Source: Azolla caroliniana
Lineage: Eukaryota > Plantae > Polypodiophyta
NCBI GenBank assembly: GCA_043228905.1
Contig: JBHGNT010000002.1
Coordinates: 27,280,001 to 27,344,000, forward strand
Direction of reading: 5' to 3'
Length of the DNA stretch: 64,000 nt
Every line of letters starts with the position of its first letter. The stretch's first letter is position 1. Under the pieces are notes generated by a model, which saw only the letters and a program-made list of their open reading frames with translations, did not search any database and had not been told where the DNA came from. Shown here in pieces: positions 51,201-61,517 of the stretch. Made by a program: the position numbers and the translations under genes.

Positions 51201-54200
51201 GAATCTCCGGCATCCGTCCAGTCCGATCGTTTCGTCCTTTCCCTCCACCGGACATCCCTTGATCGGGATGTCGTCCAAGAATGGCATGGTGATGTCCGGG
51301 ATACAATCCCTCAGCACGTTGTTCATCGCATTCACCATGTGGGCCACCGAGTTCATCCCTCCTTGTGGCAGGGTACACATCCGCACTAGGCCGAGAGGAG
51401 TCCGCATCGTCGTAATGTCTCTGCTCTCTACGGCTAGTTGGAACTGATCGTACCCCAAGTACAGATCACCGACCGAGTAGATCGACCTTCCGGCAAAGGC
51501 TTCCGCGAACTCGTCTATCGTTGGTCCGATTCCTGCGTTCCAAATGGTCACTCTATTGACCGGCTGCAGGTCTTGAATGAAGCGCAACGTCCCGTTCTTC
51601 TTCGGTACGGTAAACCACCGGTTCGAGTACGGGGCACTCGATGGTTCGAGGATGCCCATATCGATTTTCTGCCTCAACAGCTCCATCAACTCCGGGATGT
51701 GAGCTCTCGGTACCTGAATTGGTTTGAGATTCCACGGCACATGCGGTACCGTGAATATCACCATCGGCTTCACGACTGTTGGGTCTACGCACCCGATCTC
51801 TCCCGGCGAGAATGTGAAGGCTTTCCCGTGCCTTCCGAGCATTCTCCGAAACCGGTCTTCTTCCGCCGGCAGTAGGAACCCGCCCCCACCGATTTTGAGC
51901 ACCCGTAGCGTTCTGTCGGTGAAGGCGTGCCCTATGCAGGCCGGATCTCGTAAACTGGGGTCCGACGCGACCCCCTTGATTCGCAACTCGCTGCCCTCTG
52001 GTAAGGGTGCCGCGACTGGCCTTACCTTCCCGTCCACAGTCTTGTACTTCGTGTTAACCCGGGCCGTCCAATCCGACTCGAGCCCTCGATTGAAGTCCGC
52101 GATGACTTCCTACATCTCTTCTGAACAAACCGGTATCGTCCGGTCCTCTTAATGGCCCTCTCCAACACCTCTCGCAGTATTCCAAAGGTATCGTCGAAGG
52201 AGACCGCCTCCACGGCTCCGTTGATTTCTTCGTTGGGCCCGAGAACTCCGCACGCCCGAAGTCGCTCTTCCGCCCTTGTCTTTTCTCGGCCAGCGACGTC
52301 GACTATCGTACACCCCCGTTGTCAGAGAAACAAAACTTCCTACTTATGGTACAAGGTTTCTTCGGTTTCGCCTCTATCGTACATTTGTGGGGATTTCCCA
52401 GAGTGTCCGGACTATCGCGGCCCCACGCCTTGCCAGCCCTCTCTAAAAATCCTCTCGGTTCTCATCACCGAGGGACTCGCGGTTTCGCTCGTGGTTCGGT
52501 CGCATCGTCAGGAACTGGACCGAATGACGCCCGTCCTGACTCTTGACCCTCGCATAAGCCGACCCGTTGTCCAGCACCTTGGTCTCCATCCGCGCTGCCG
52601 TAATGTACGGTTCTCCCAGTATGACTGGGTGCGAGGACGTCTCCTGCACAAAGAAGTGCTGATCTATTTCGACATCGCCGATCTTGACTCGCACGTTTGG
52701 GCAGGCCCCGTGTAGTTCCTCAGTGGCGTGCGTCGCCGCCCGTATCTTCCACCCGTGCTTGGTGTTGATCGGCCATTTCCCCTTCTTGTAGAAGTCCATG
52801 GACATCAGGTTTATTTCTGAACCGTGGTCCACCAGCGCCACCACCGGTTCCTGAACATCTCCGATCTTCACCGGGGTTTCCGTGGTCGCTCGGGCCCAGT
52901 GTGGCCTCGAATAGTGGCTCTCCGCCCACTCGTCTTCCAGCGCCATGTCCTCTATGTGCGTCGTCCGCACCTCCACCGGCCTTCCCGGTTCTGCCTCCGT
53001 CGACAGCCTCTTCCTCTTCACCAAGTCTACGATGGAGTCGTGGAACTCCTTCTTGGCGATTCCGAGCACCTCCCGCAACGACAGTTCCACCATGTTGTCG
53101 AGGATTCGTTCTTCCAAGACCTTTCGTAGGTCCGTGGTCCTTTCGATCTCCGTGCCCAAACAGTATCCGCCCTTCTTGTGGTTATCCTAGGCACTGGACT
53201 CACCGGCCTCGTTCCATTTTGGCCCGAATCGGGTTTCGTATCTCTGTGAGGGTCCGACCCCTCCGGTTTTACCTACCCGTTTGTCTTCAACCAGAGCCTC
53301 GTAGTTCTTGCAAGCTGCTTCGACGAAACCCGTCTTTTCTTCGACCGGGTCTCTCCACCCGGTTACCTCCTGGACCCGCTTCTCCGCACGGTCCGCCTCG
53401 TCTTTCTTTAGTCGGGCACCGGCGAGGCCTTCCAGCACCGTCGGCCAGAACCCGGCTTTGCTCTCCTTCCGGGCCTCGCTGCCCCCGACCCGAATACCGG
53501 CTGACGCTGAGTAGTGGACGGTCTCCGCGTGCCGGGCCGCCGCCTCTTCCATCAGCCTTTTCATTCCTCCTCGCCCGTCGTTTCAGTTCAAGGCCCTCCG
53601 GGTATCGCTGGCGTGCACCCGACCTTCCCACAGGTACACTACCCGGCTTCTCAAAGCCTCCGTAAAGTCCCCGTAGTCTTTCCGGATGTGGCCGACCTCG
53701 TCGCACCACATCCACCTATTTCCTGCCGGAGGCCGTCGGTCACGAGCCTGATCTCCGTCTTCCCTCCAAGCCTGGGCAATCTGGAGATCCTTTACCGCCC
53801 ATGTCAACTCCTCCAAAGTTGTCCCCCCGGATGAGCCTCTGACCACGTCGGTCGAAGCCGGACCGGTTTCGAGCCACTCCCGGGTCTCTTCCCGTCGCAC
53901 CTGCGGTATCGGTTCGAGCTTCCTTGCTGCGACAGGACCCGCCCCGATCGCCCCTGTATCAGCCCACTCCCACCGTTTGTCGAAACGGCCGCAGACTCTT
54001 TTTACCGCGGCCCAGTCGGCCGTCAGCCCGTCTTCGGTTTCCAGTAAGGAGCCCACTTGCTCCCGATCCCGTGCGTCAACCGATTTGACAAACAATAGGA
54101 CACGACTTGTGTCCAGAACGGTCCGATCGAGCGCCGAAAGGCGCGCAAAGCGATCCTCAAACTCCCGGAGGAGTGCCGACGCATTTCTTCCTTTGTCGGG

Positions 54201-55261
54201 GGACTCCACCCACTCCATGAAGCCCCGCTTCGAAAGTCGAAGCGCGTCATCCAGCCCGTATTTCTCCAGGAGCCGTCTTTCGAACTCCTCCCAGGTCCAG
54301 CTCTCCGCCCGGACCTCGAGCACCTCCGCATGGATGCCCGGCATCGCCACTCGAGGGAATCCGACAAGACGCCTCTCTTCCGGAATATCCCTCATCAACA
54401 TCTCCGCCCGATAGGACGCCAAATAACTCGTGCCATCCTTTCCACTGAACCGGCCGATCATACCGACGATCGCCTCAATAGCCTTGTCAAGGGCGCCGGT
54501 GCCCTCGCGCGCGCTCACTATTTGGTCCACGGCCGAAGCCATGGCCTCTGGAAGATCCAACCCCCTCATCTTCTGCTCCTTTGCTGCCTGTTTCACATCG
54601 GGTTCACCAAATATGTCGCGTTGTTACGCGCGTGCGTGGAGAAACGAGGCGGGACCACCGGGGTCTTGAACCGAAGAGCAGGTGATAGGAGGGGAAAGAG
54701 AAAGAGAGAAACGACCGGTTACGTATGAGCAAAGAAACACATGGACACGGCCCATAAACGCTGAAGACACGAATGGACACAGAGACAGAGAGACACGAAT
54801 GTTTGTATATTAACAAGTGACACAAAAACAACAGAGCACGCGAGCGGTTACAACCGAACAGGCTGGCGAACAGGTGTCGATGCCTGCTCGTCTGCGCACG
54901 AAACGGGATAGGATGGAGGTGCTGCCGGAAGCACACGGGCGTTCCTCGAAGCAACGCGAGCCTCCTGAAAACCTGCAGAGAAGAGCAATAGAGAACAAAC
55001 AGAGGAGAAGTGTTCGGTTCCGGTCCGATAGCACTTCGTCCTCCTCAATGCGCGATCCCTTCTCCCTGCGTCTCCCTCTCCTTTATAGCGTCAAGAAGGG
55101 AGCCGTCTCCCTCATTTACTTCCTACCTACCGAATCTAACTACCCAGGATATACCTATGTACCTAATTCCCTATTATATACATTAAGGGCGCACACGCGT
55201 GAAGAGCCGGTTCACGCGTGCTATGCACCGATTGCTCTAAGGGACGGTTTTCTTCACGACA
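48236..55261 (-). mobile_element. Structurally complete but degenerate tRNA-Trp-primed Gypsy (possibly Phygy-like)
   Basis: 648-bp LTRs at 48236-48883 and 54614-55261 (about a dozen differences), TSD ACAG/ACGG, PBS 54592-54609. Gag-PR 54596-52443, then RT (FLDDI), RNase H and integrase ending at the 3' LTR. Confidence 0.95.
52387..52452 (-). promoter_or_regulatory. Candidate -1 ribosomal frameshift signal (copy 1)
   Basis: G GAT TTT TAG (52452-52443), stem GGGCTGGC/GATAGTCC, and second stem GTGGGG/CCCCAC. Confidence 0.7.
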
Positions 55262-56128
55262 ACGGTCCAGTCGAGCGCCGAAAGACGCGCGAAGCGTTCT
55301 TCAAACTCCCGGAGGAGCACCGACGCGTTTCTCCCCTTTCCGGGGGTCTCTACCCATTCCATGAAGTCCCTTTTCGAGAGCTGAAGTGCGTCATCAAACC
55401 CGTATTTTTCGAGGAGCCGACCTTCAAACTCTTCCCAGGTCCGGCTCTCAGCCCGTACCTCGAGCACCTCCGCATGGATGCCCGGCATCGCCACCCAAGG
55501 GAATCCGGTCAGTCGCCTTTCTTCCGGAATGTCTCTCATTACCATCTCGGCCCGGTAGGCCTCCAAATAGCTCGTGGCATCCTTCCCACCGAACCGGCCT
55601 ATCGTGCCGACGACCGCCTCAATAGCCCTATCGAGGGTGCATGCGCCTTTGCGCTGTCACGTTGTTACACGCGTACGTGTAGAAAGGGGCGGGACCACGA
55701 GGGTCTTGGACCGAGGAGCGAGAGAGAGACAGAGAGAGACAGAGATTCACAGACACGTAGAAGCGAGAAGGAGAGATATAGAACGTAACACTTAATTACA
55801 ATGACAAGAGATTACAAACTCTGACGGTTACAACCGACAAGGCGGCGACGGACTCGACACGGGGACCCTACTCACACACACCGACGACAGTCACACGACT
55901 CCAAGAAACAAAAAGGGGGGGGGGGAGGAGAGACTATGTTGGAAGCACACGGGCTATCCCCGAAGCAGAGGTAGCAAACTCCCGAAGCAGAGGTCGTCGG
56001 CACGATAGGCCTCCAAATAGCTCGTGGCATCCTTCCCACCGAACCGGCCTATCGTGCCGACGACCGCCTCAATAGCCCTAACGAGGGTGCCTGCGCCTTC
56101 GCGCTGTCACGTTGTTACGCGCGTACGT

Positions 56129-59100
56129 TGTCGTGAAGATTTTCGTCCATAAGCGGAAAACCGAGCGAAGCAAGCAAACCCGCGATGTGCAACGTTGCAC
56201 ATCAACATGTTGTATTTCTATTTATCGATAGTGATAAGTATGGTGCTAGAAACGCACCCTAGGATTTGTAAAGTGTAACGGTGATGTGCTTTTGCGCGCA
56301 CATCCACGTGAGAGAGAGAGATAGGTACATAGTAGTTCGTGTAGAGGTGGGAGTTAAGACCCATCCTTCCCACCTCCCCTAAAATCAAGGGAAATATCCC
56401 CATTGATTGAAAGGGGATATTTTGTAGCACCTTTATGTAACGGTCTTCCCTCCTTGTGCTATAAAGGGAGAGGAAGAGCACCATTGTGGGGGTTGCCTTA
56501 TTTTGGAGTGCGAGTAAGGTATACCATTTCGTCTAGGGTTCCTTAGTTAGGGTTTCTTTTCTTCTTCGTCGGATTAGGGTTTCGGGTTTTTCATAGTCGT
56601 TCGGTGCGGCCTACGCGGCCGCCATTTTGTAATCGGTTTTCGGTTCTAATATAACTTGTTGAGCATTTGGCCTCCGTCTTCCTCTTGTTCATTCTTTCTC
56701 TTCTTGTGCTAAGCTCCATTCCGAAGTCCTATTCCTTCTCCCCTTCTCCTTAGTCCAAGACCCCCGTGGTTCCGCCCTTCTCCACGCACGCGCGTAACAA
56801 CGCGACATCTTTGGTGAACCCGACGTGAACCCGACATCTTTGGTGAACCCGACATTTTTGGAGACGGTCCATCATGAGGAGAGGACGGACATCATGTTCG
56901 AGCTTCAAGACGATTATGGGGCGCATGGTCTCACCGAGGAGTGGCCCGAAGTGGAATGGGTGTGTCGGCAACATGAGGCGAGGCGGTCGGCCACAACACG
57001 GCCCGCGAGCGGGGGAGAAGAGAGAGCGACGACCGACTACGCCATGCCGCCGGACGAGAGCTCATCGCGAACCGGTTTGGAGGGGCTCGACCTACAAGCG
57101 CTAATACGGGAGGCGTGCGGGCTCGTAATGGTGAAAATCGAAGCCGAAGAATGGCTTATTGCGGGGTCGGGCCCGAGCGGATCGGAGGACGTGGAGGAAG
57201 GAGCTTCCTCACACATGGAGGACGAGACCGGCGAAGAAGAGGCGGCGGCAAGCATACTCGATGCTTGCGAAACCGGAGATGGGGTAGCCACGGACGACGA
57301 TGTCCGAATGGAGGTGGCTACGGACGAGAGGAGTGGTGGTGTCGCGACCTTCCACACACCAGTCCTAGAGACTCCGGCACCCGGCCCGAGAGCCGGCGAG
57401 AGGCCTAGAGTGACGGACGGTGGCGGCGGCAAGGCGGGCAACCGAAACGACGACGACATGGGAGAGGGTGCGGAGCGAGCAACCCTCTCGTCTTGCGGCG
57501 AATGGACGGCCAAGGATGAGGCCGGTGACTACAAAGCGGAGGGCGCCACTTCGAAAGTGGGCGGAAGATTCGGGGCACGGCGGCCCAAAACATCGAGCGG
57601 AGGGGAGGCGAGCGGTGGTGCCGCGACCTTCCACACACCGGCCCTAGAGGCTTCGGCGGTCGGCCCGAGTGCCGGCACGAGACCTAGAACGACGGGCGGT
57701 GGCGGCGGCAAGGCGGGCAAACAAAATGATGCGGAGAACGGCGAAGAAGAGGTGGTGGCAAGCATACTAGAGGCTTACGGAATCGGAGATGGGGGAGCCG
57801 CGGACAACGACGTCCGAACGAAAGCGGCTACGGAGACAACAAGCGGCGGTGCCGGGTCCTTACCCACACCAATCCTAGAGGCTCCAATGGCCGGCCCGAG
57901 TGCCGGCATGAGGCTTAGTGCGACGGGAGGTGACGGCGGCAAGGCGGGCAACGGAAACGAGAAGGAAGATTGGAGCGGACGGAGGCAAGACCCCTTGACA
58001 CCGGGGCCGGAGACTTCGGCGGCTGTGCTCGAATGCCAACGTGAGACCGGAGAGATGGGCGGTGACCGTGAGGAGGTGAGGCCCGGAGAGAGCGCATACG
58101 AAGACGAGTATGCGGGGCCCGGAATGGGCGTATACGGTGGGTCCGACGGAGAGGACCGGAGCGGAAACGAGGAGAGAGTCGGGAACCGACCCGACCGGAA
58201 TACGGCACGAAAGAAGAAGAGAGTAAGGGCCGGCGAACCGGGCCCAAACCGAAGGAAGCCGGCAAGACCGATTGGCCGGTTACGGTTACGGTTACGGTTA
58301 CGATGGGAGCCGGTAAGCGCGAGATGGAGGCTAACCGGGCACGACGACCATGGTTCGGGGGAAAAACGGAAACAAACGAGACCCTCCATACCCACTCTAG
58401 AGACTACGGCGGTTGCGGATCAACATAAGACCGGAGAAACGGCGGGTGGCGGCGAGGAGTCGGAGGCCGGAGCGTACGAGGTTACCGGAACGGATATCCG
58501 GTACGAGATGGTGGACGGGTGGGTCCAAGACGGCGAGCCCGTGTCGGAACGGGCTACGGCGACAAAGGAGGAGAAGACCGACACGGAGGTCGGGTCTACG
58601 GCGGAAGAGCGAGACGAGATGCATGCAATACGGCCGATGGAGGGCCAAGACACAAGCATGCCTACGAAGGAGCCACATCGAGTGACCGAAGATGACGGTC
58701 GGATCACGCCTTCGAGAGGCGAATACGAGGAGGAAGGCGGCGACGACGAGACCTGGCACGATGCTAGGGAAGATTGGTGGGAAGAGGTGGCCTACGGAGA
58801 GGCTAAGACCGGAGGCCACGAAGATAAGGCCCGAGAGGGATCCTCCACACCGGCTATAGAGACTCCGGCGGTCGGCACGGGTGCCGACGTGAGACCAAGA
58901 GTGGCGGACGGTGGCGGCGAGGGGACGAAGGCCACAACGGATGAAGGCACCGAGAGAGGCATACGGGAGGTCGCGGGGAACGAAGACGTATGCGCCCAAA
59001 AGAACGAACACGACATCACGAAGGATGTGTGCGGTCGAGCGGGCCAAGAGGGCCAAGAAGGTGTTCCTCCGAGCGAAACGGAGATCGGGGAAGAAAGGTA

Positions 59101-60441
59101 CCTTTCCGAAAGGGTACGCGAAGAGGAGCGGAATGCGAAACGTGCAATGCGGCCGCATGAGGGCCAAGCAACGAGCACGGGAATGATGGTATGCTCTACG
59201 GCGAAAGAGCACGGAAGGCGAAGGGAAGGCGGAAGATGCGCGATGGGGTCGTCGAAGGACCGAAGCACGAGCACGCATTCGGGGGAGAGCATCGACATAC
59301 GGGGAAAGCCCACGGAAGGCAATCACGGAGCGGAGAGAGTCGGCACGCCGAGGTGTGCGGCACGGGAAAGGCGGACAAAAGAAGAGCAACCGGGTCGGCA
59401 ACGGCGTTCGGGAGGACCGATCGGGGAAGAAAGCTCGGGCATCGGAAACGGCGGTCCGGATGTAGACGGTGGTTCGAGGAATCACGGTGGACGTGGCGGA
59501 TCGGGTGGAGGCAACGACTCGGCGAGCATCGTCGAGTGTGGCGGATCGGATGGGGCCGACGGTTCGAGACCATTCGACGAAGATGGTGGGCCGGAAGGCG
59601 ACGGTGGTTCGTGTGGACGGGGTGGATTTGCTCGACGTGGAAGACGAAGCGGGGCAAGCCCACGAGGTTGTCAAGGGCTCGGTTGGCCGCCTTGGCCGAA
59701 AATCTCGCGTTTTGTTCCCCTTTTGGCACATACCGGTGGATGTGCGGTTAGGTGGGGGCGGATGTCGTGAAGATTTTCGTCCATAAGCGGAAAACCGAGC
59801 GAAGCAAGCAAACCCGCGATGTGCAACGTTGCACATCAACATGTTGTATTTCTATTTATCGATAGTGATAAGTATGGTGCTAGAAACGCACCCTAGGATT
59901 TGTAAAGTGTAACGGTGATGTGCTTTTGCGCGCACATCCACGTGAGAGAGAGAGATAGGTACATAGTAGTTCGTGTAGAGGTGGGAGTTAAGACCCATCC
60001 TTCCCACCTCCCCTAAAATCAAGGGAAATATCCCCATTGATTGAAAGGGGATATTTTGTAGCACCTTTATGTAACGGTCTTCCCTCCTTGTGCTATAAAG
60101 GGAGAGGAAGAGCACCATTGTGGGGGTTGCCTTATTTTGGAGTGCGAGTAAGGTATACCATTTCGTCTAGGGTTCCTTAGTTAGGGTTTCTTTTCTTCTT
60201 CGTCGGATTAGGGTTTCGGGTTTTTCATAGTCGTTCGGTGCGGCCTACGCGGCCGCCATTTTGTAATCGGTTTTCGGTTCTAATATAACTTGTTGAGCAT
60301 TTGGCCTCCGTCTTCCTCTTGTTCATTCTTTCTCTTCTTGTGCTAAGCTCCATTCCGAAGTCCTATTCCTTCTCCCCTTCTCCTTAGTCCAAGACCCCCG
60401 TGGTTCCGCCCTTCTCCACGCACGCGCGTAACAACGCGACA
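56129..60441 (+). mobile_element. Very young non-autonomous LTR element lacking PR/RT/IN
   Basis: 679-bp LTRs at 56129-56807 and 59763-60441 with no difference seen. TSD ACGT. tRNA-Trp PBS TGGTGAACCCGACGTGAA at 56812. Its 3' end is shared with the autonomous family. Confidence 0.96.
56825..59770 (+). CDS. 981-codon ORF: Gag capsid C-terminal remnant plus G/E/T/R-rich repetitive region (first ATG 56894)
   Basis: GLTEEWPEVEWVCRQHEAR aligns with Gag GLTADWAAVKRVCGRFDKR. Internal repeats TP.LE....GP.AG.R...T.G.GGKAG. Ends LAHTGGCAVRWGRMS, like the family's integrase. Confidence 0.6.
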   Translation: MNPTSLVNPTFLETVHHEERTDIMFELQDDYGAHGLTEEWPEVEWVCRQHEARRSATTRPASGGEERATTDYAMPPDESSSRTGLEGLDLQALIREACGLVMVKIEAEEWLIAGSGPSGSEDVEEGASSHMEDETGEEEAAASILDACETGDGVATDDDVRMEVATDERSGGVATFHTPVLETPAPGPRAGERPRVTDGGGGKAGNRNDDDMGEGAERATLSSCGEWTAKDEAGDYKAEGATSKVGGRFGARRPKTSSGGEASGGAATFHTPALEASAVGPSAGTRPRTTGGGGGKAGKQNDAENGEEEVVASILEAYGIGDGGAADNDVRTKAATETTSGGAGSLPTPILEAPMAGPSAGMRLSATGGDGGKAGNGNEKEDWSGRRQDPLTPGPETSAAVLECQRETGEMGGDREEVRPGESAYEDEYAGPGMGVYGGSDGEDRSGNEERVGNRPDRNTARKKKRVRAGEPGPNRRKPARPIGRLRLRLRLRWEPVSARWRLTGHDDHGSGEKRKQTRPSIPTLETTAVADQHKTGETAGGGEESEAGAYEVTGTDIRYEMVDGWVQDGEPVSERATATKEEKTDTEVGSTAEERDEMHAIRPMEGQDTSMPTKEPHRVTEDDGRITPSRGEYEEEGGDDETWHDAREDWWEEVAYGEAKTGGHEDKAREGSSTPAIETPAVGTGADVRPRVADGGGEGTKATTDEGTERGIREVAGNEDVCAQKNEHDITKDVCGRAGQEGQEGVPPSETEIGEERYLSERVREEERNAKRAMRPHEGQATSTGMMVCSTAKEHGRRREGGRCAMGSSKDRSTSTHSGESIDIRGKPTEGNHGAERVGTPRCAARERRTKEEQPGRQRRSGGPIGEESSGIGNGGPDVDGGSRNHGGRGGSGGGNDSASIVECGGSDGADGSRPFDEDGGPEGDGGSCGRGGFARRGRRSGASPRGCQGLGWPPWPKISRFVPLLAHTGGCAVRWGRMS

Positions 60442-60763
60442 ACGTGTAGAAAGGGGCGGGACCACGAGGGTCTTGGACCGAGGAGCGAGAGAGAGACAGA
60501 CAGAGACAGAGATTCACAGACACGTAGAAGCGAGAAGGAGAGATATAGAACGTAACACTTAATTACAATGACAAGAGATTACAAACTCTGACGGTTACAA
60601 CCGACAAGGCGGCGACGGACCCGACACGGGGACCCTACTCACACACACCGACGACAGTCACACGACTCCAAGAAACAAAAAGGGGGGGGGGGGGGAAGGA
60701 GAGACTCTGTTGGAAGCACACGGGCTATCCCCGAAACAGAGGTAGCAAACTCCCGAAACCCGT

Positions 60764-61517
60764 TGTCGCGTTGTTACGCGCGTGCGTGGAGAAAGGCGGG
60801 ACCACGGGGGTCTTGGACTAGGGAGTGATGGAGCGTAGGAAGTCGTGCTTCACCGTTTCCGGGGGCATCCCAGAAGCACACCAGAAGCAACCGAAGAGAG
60901 AGAGAGAGAGAGAGCTTAACACCGACTCACGCACACACACTCACACGCACAGGCCAACCCGACTCACACCCTTAAGTACAGGAAATGCAGGAAAGGGGAA
61001 GCACCCGACACCAACGAAGACGCGAATATACACACACAGACGCAAATGTATATATATATATATAAAAGAAGAATACATTCCCGGCGTCGAGCCGGACCAA
61101 GGTAGGTTACAGCAGTCGTCTGTTGTCAAGCCGTCGTCGGGGAGCTCACGGGCTCGTCGCACCGAGCGGGGTCTTGCGCAGGAGATGAACTGAAGCAAAC
61201 CCTAAGCGAACACGAAGGGGAAGAAAAAGAAGAAGAAACTAACTCTAAACCTAACAGTATACCCTCTAATGCAAAATGGGCAACCCTTTCACAAAGGGCG
61301 TTCCCTTCCTTTTATAAAACAAGGACAGGGATGCGTTACAATGTGGGATAAACCCCGACTTACATGGGACCGTCTGTCCCGACTTGACTACTCTTCGGCG
61401 CAATAAAGGCGCCCTCGTTATTCACACTAAATGTACATGGGTGCGTACACACACTGCACCCCGCCAATGTAGCCAATCTTTCCCGGTTTCCGCCTCTGGC
61501 CGAAATTCTTCACGACA
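60764..61517 (-). mobile_element. Solo LTR (tRNA-Trp family)
   Basis: TGTCG...CGACA ends and TSD CCGT/CCGC. Confidence 0.88.

Larger units (their letters stand above)
45716..55654 (-). mobile_element. Truncated tRNA-Trp-family Gypsy (gag, PR, RT start); pieces at 45716-48235 and 55266-55654
   Basis: Peptides YRAEMVMRDIPEERR, ALVDHGSEINLM and PYSNRWFTVPKKNGTLR. Gag rejoins across the 48236-55261 insertion. Confidence 0.88.

Noticed and set aside
42245-59842. Many long antisense or alternative-frame ORFs (e.g. 43451-44671, 49980-50924, 54817-55788, 58397-59842)
   Set aside because: These are shadow ORFs of GC-rich, stop-poor retroelement sequence. Several cross insertion junctions and have no recognisable domains.
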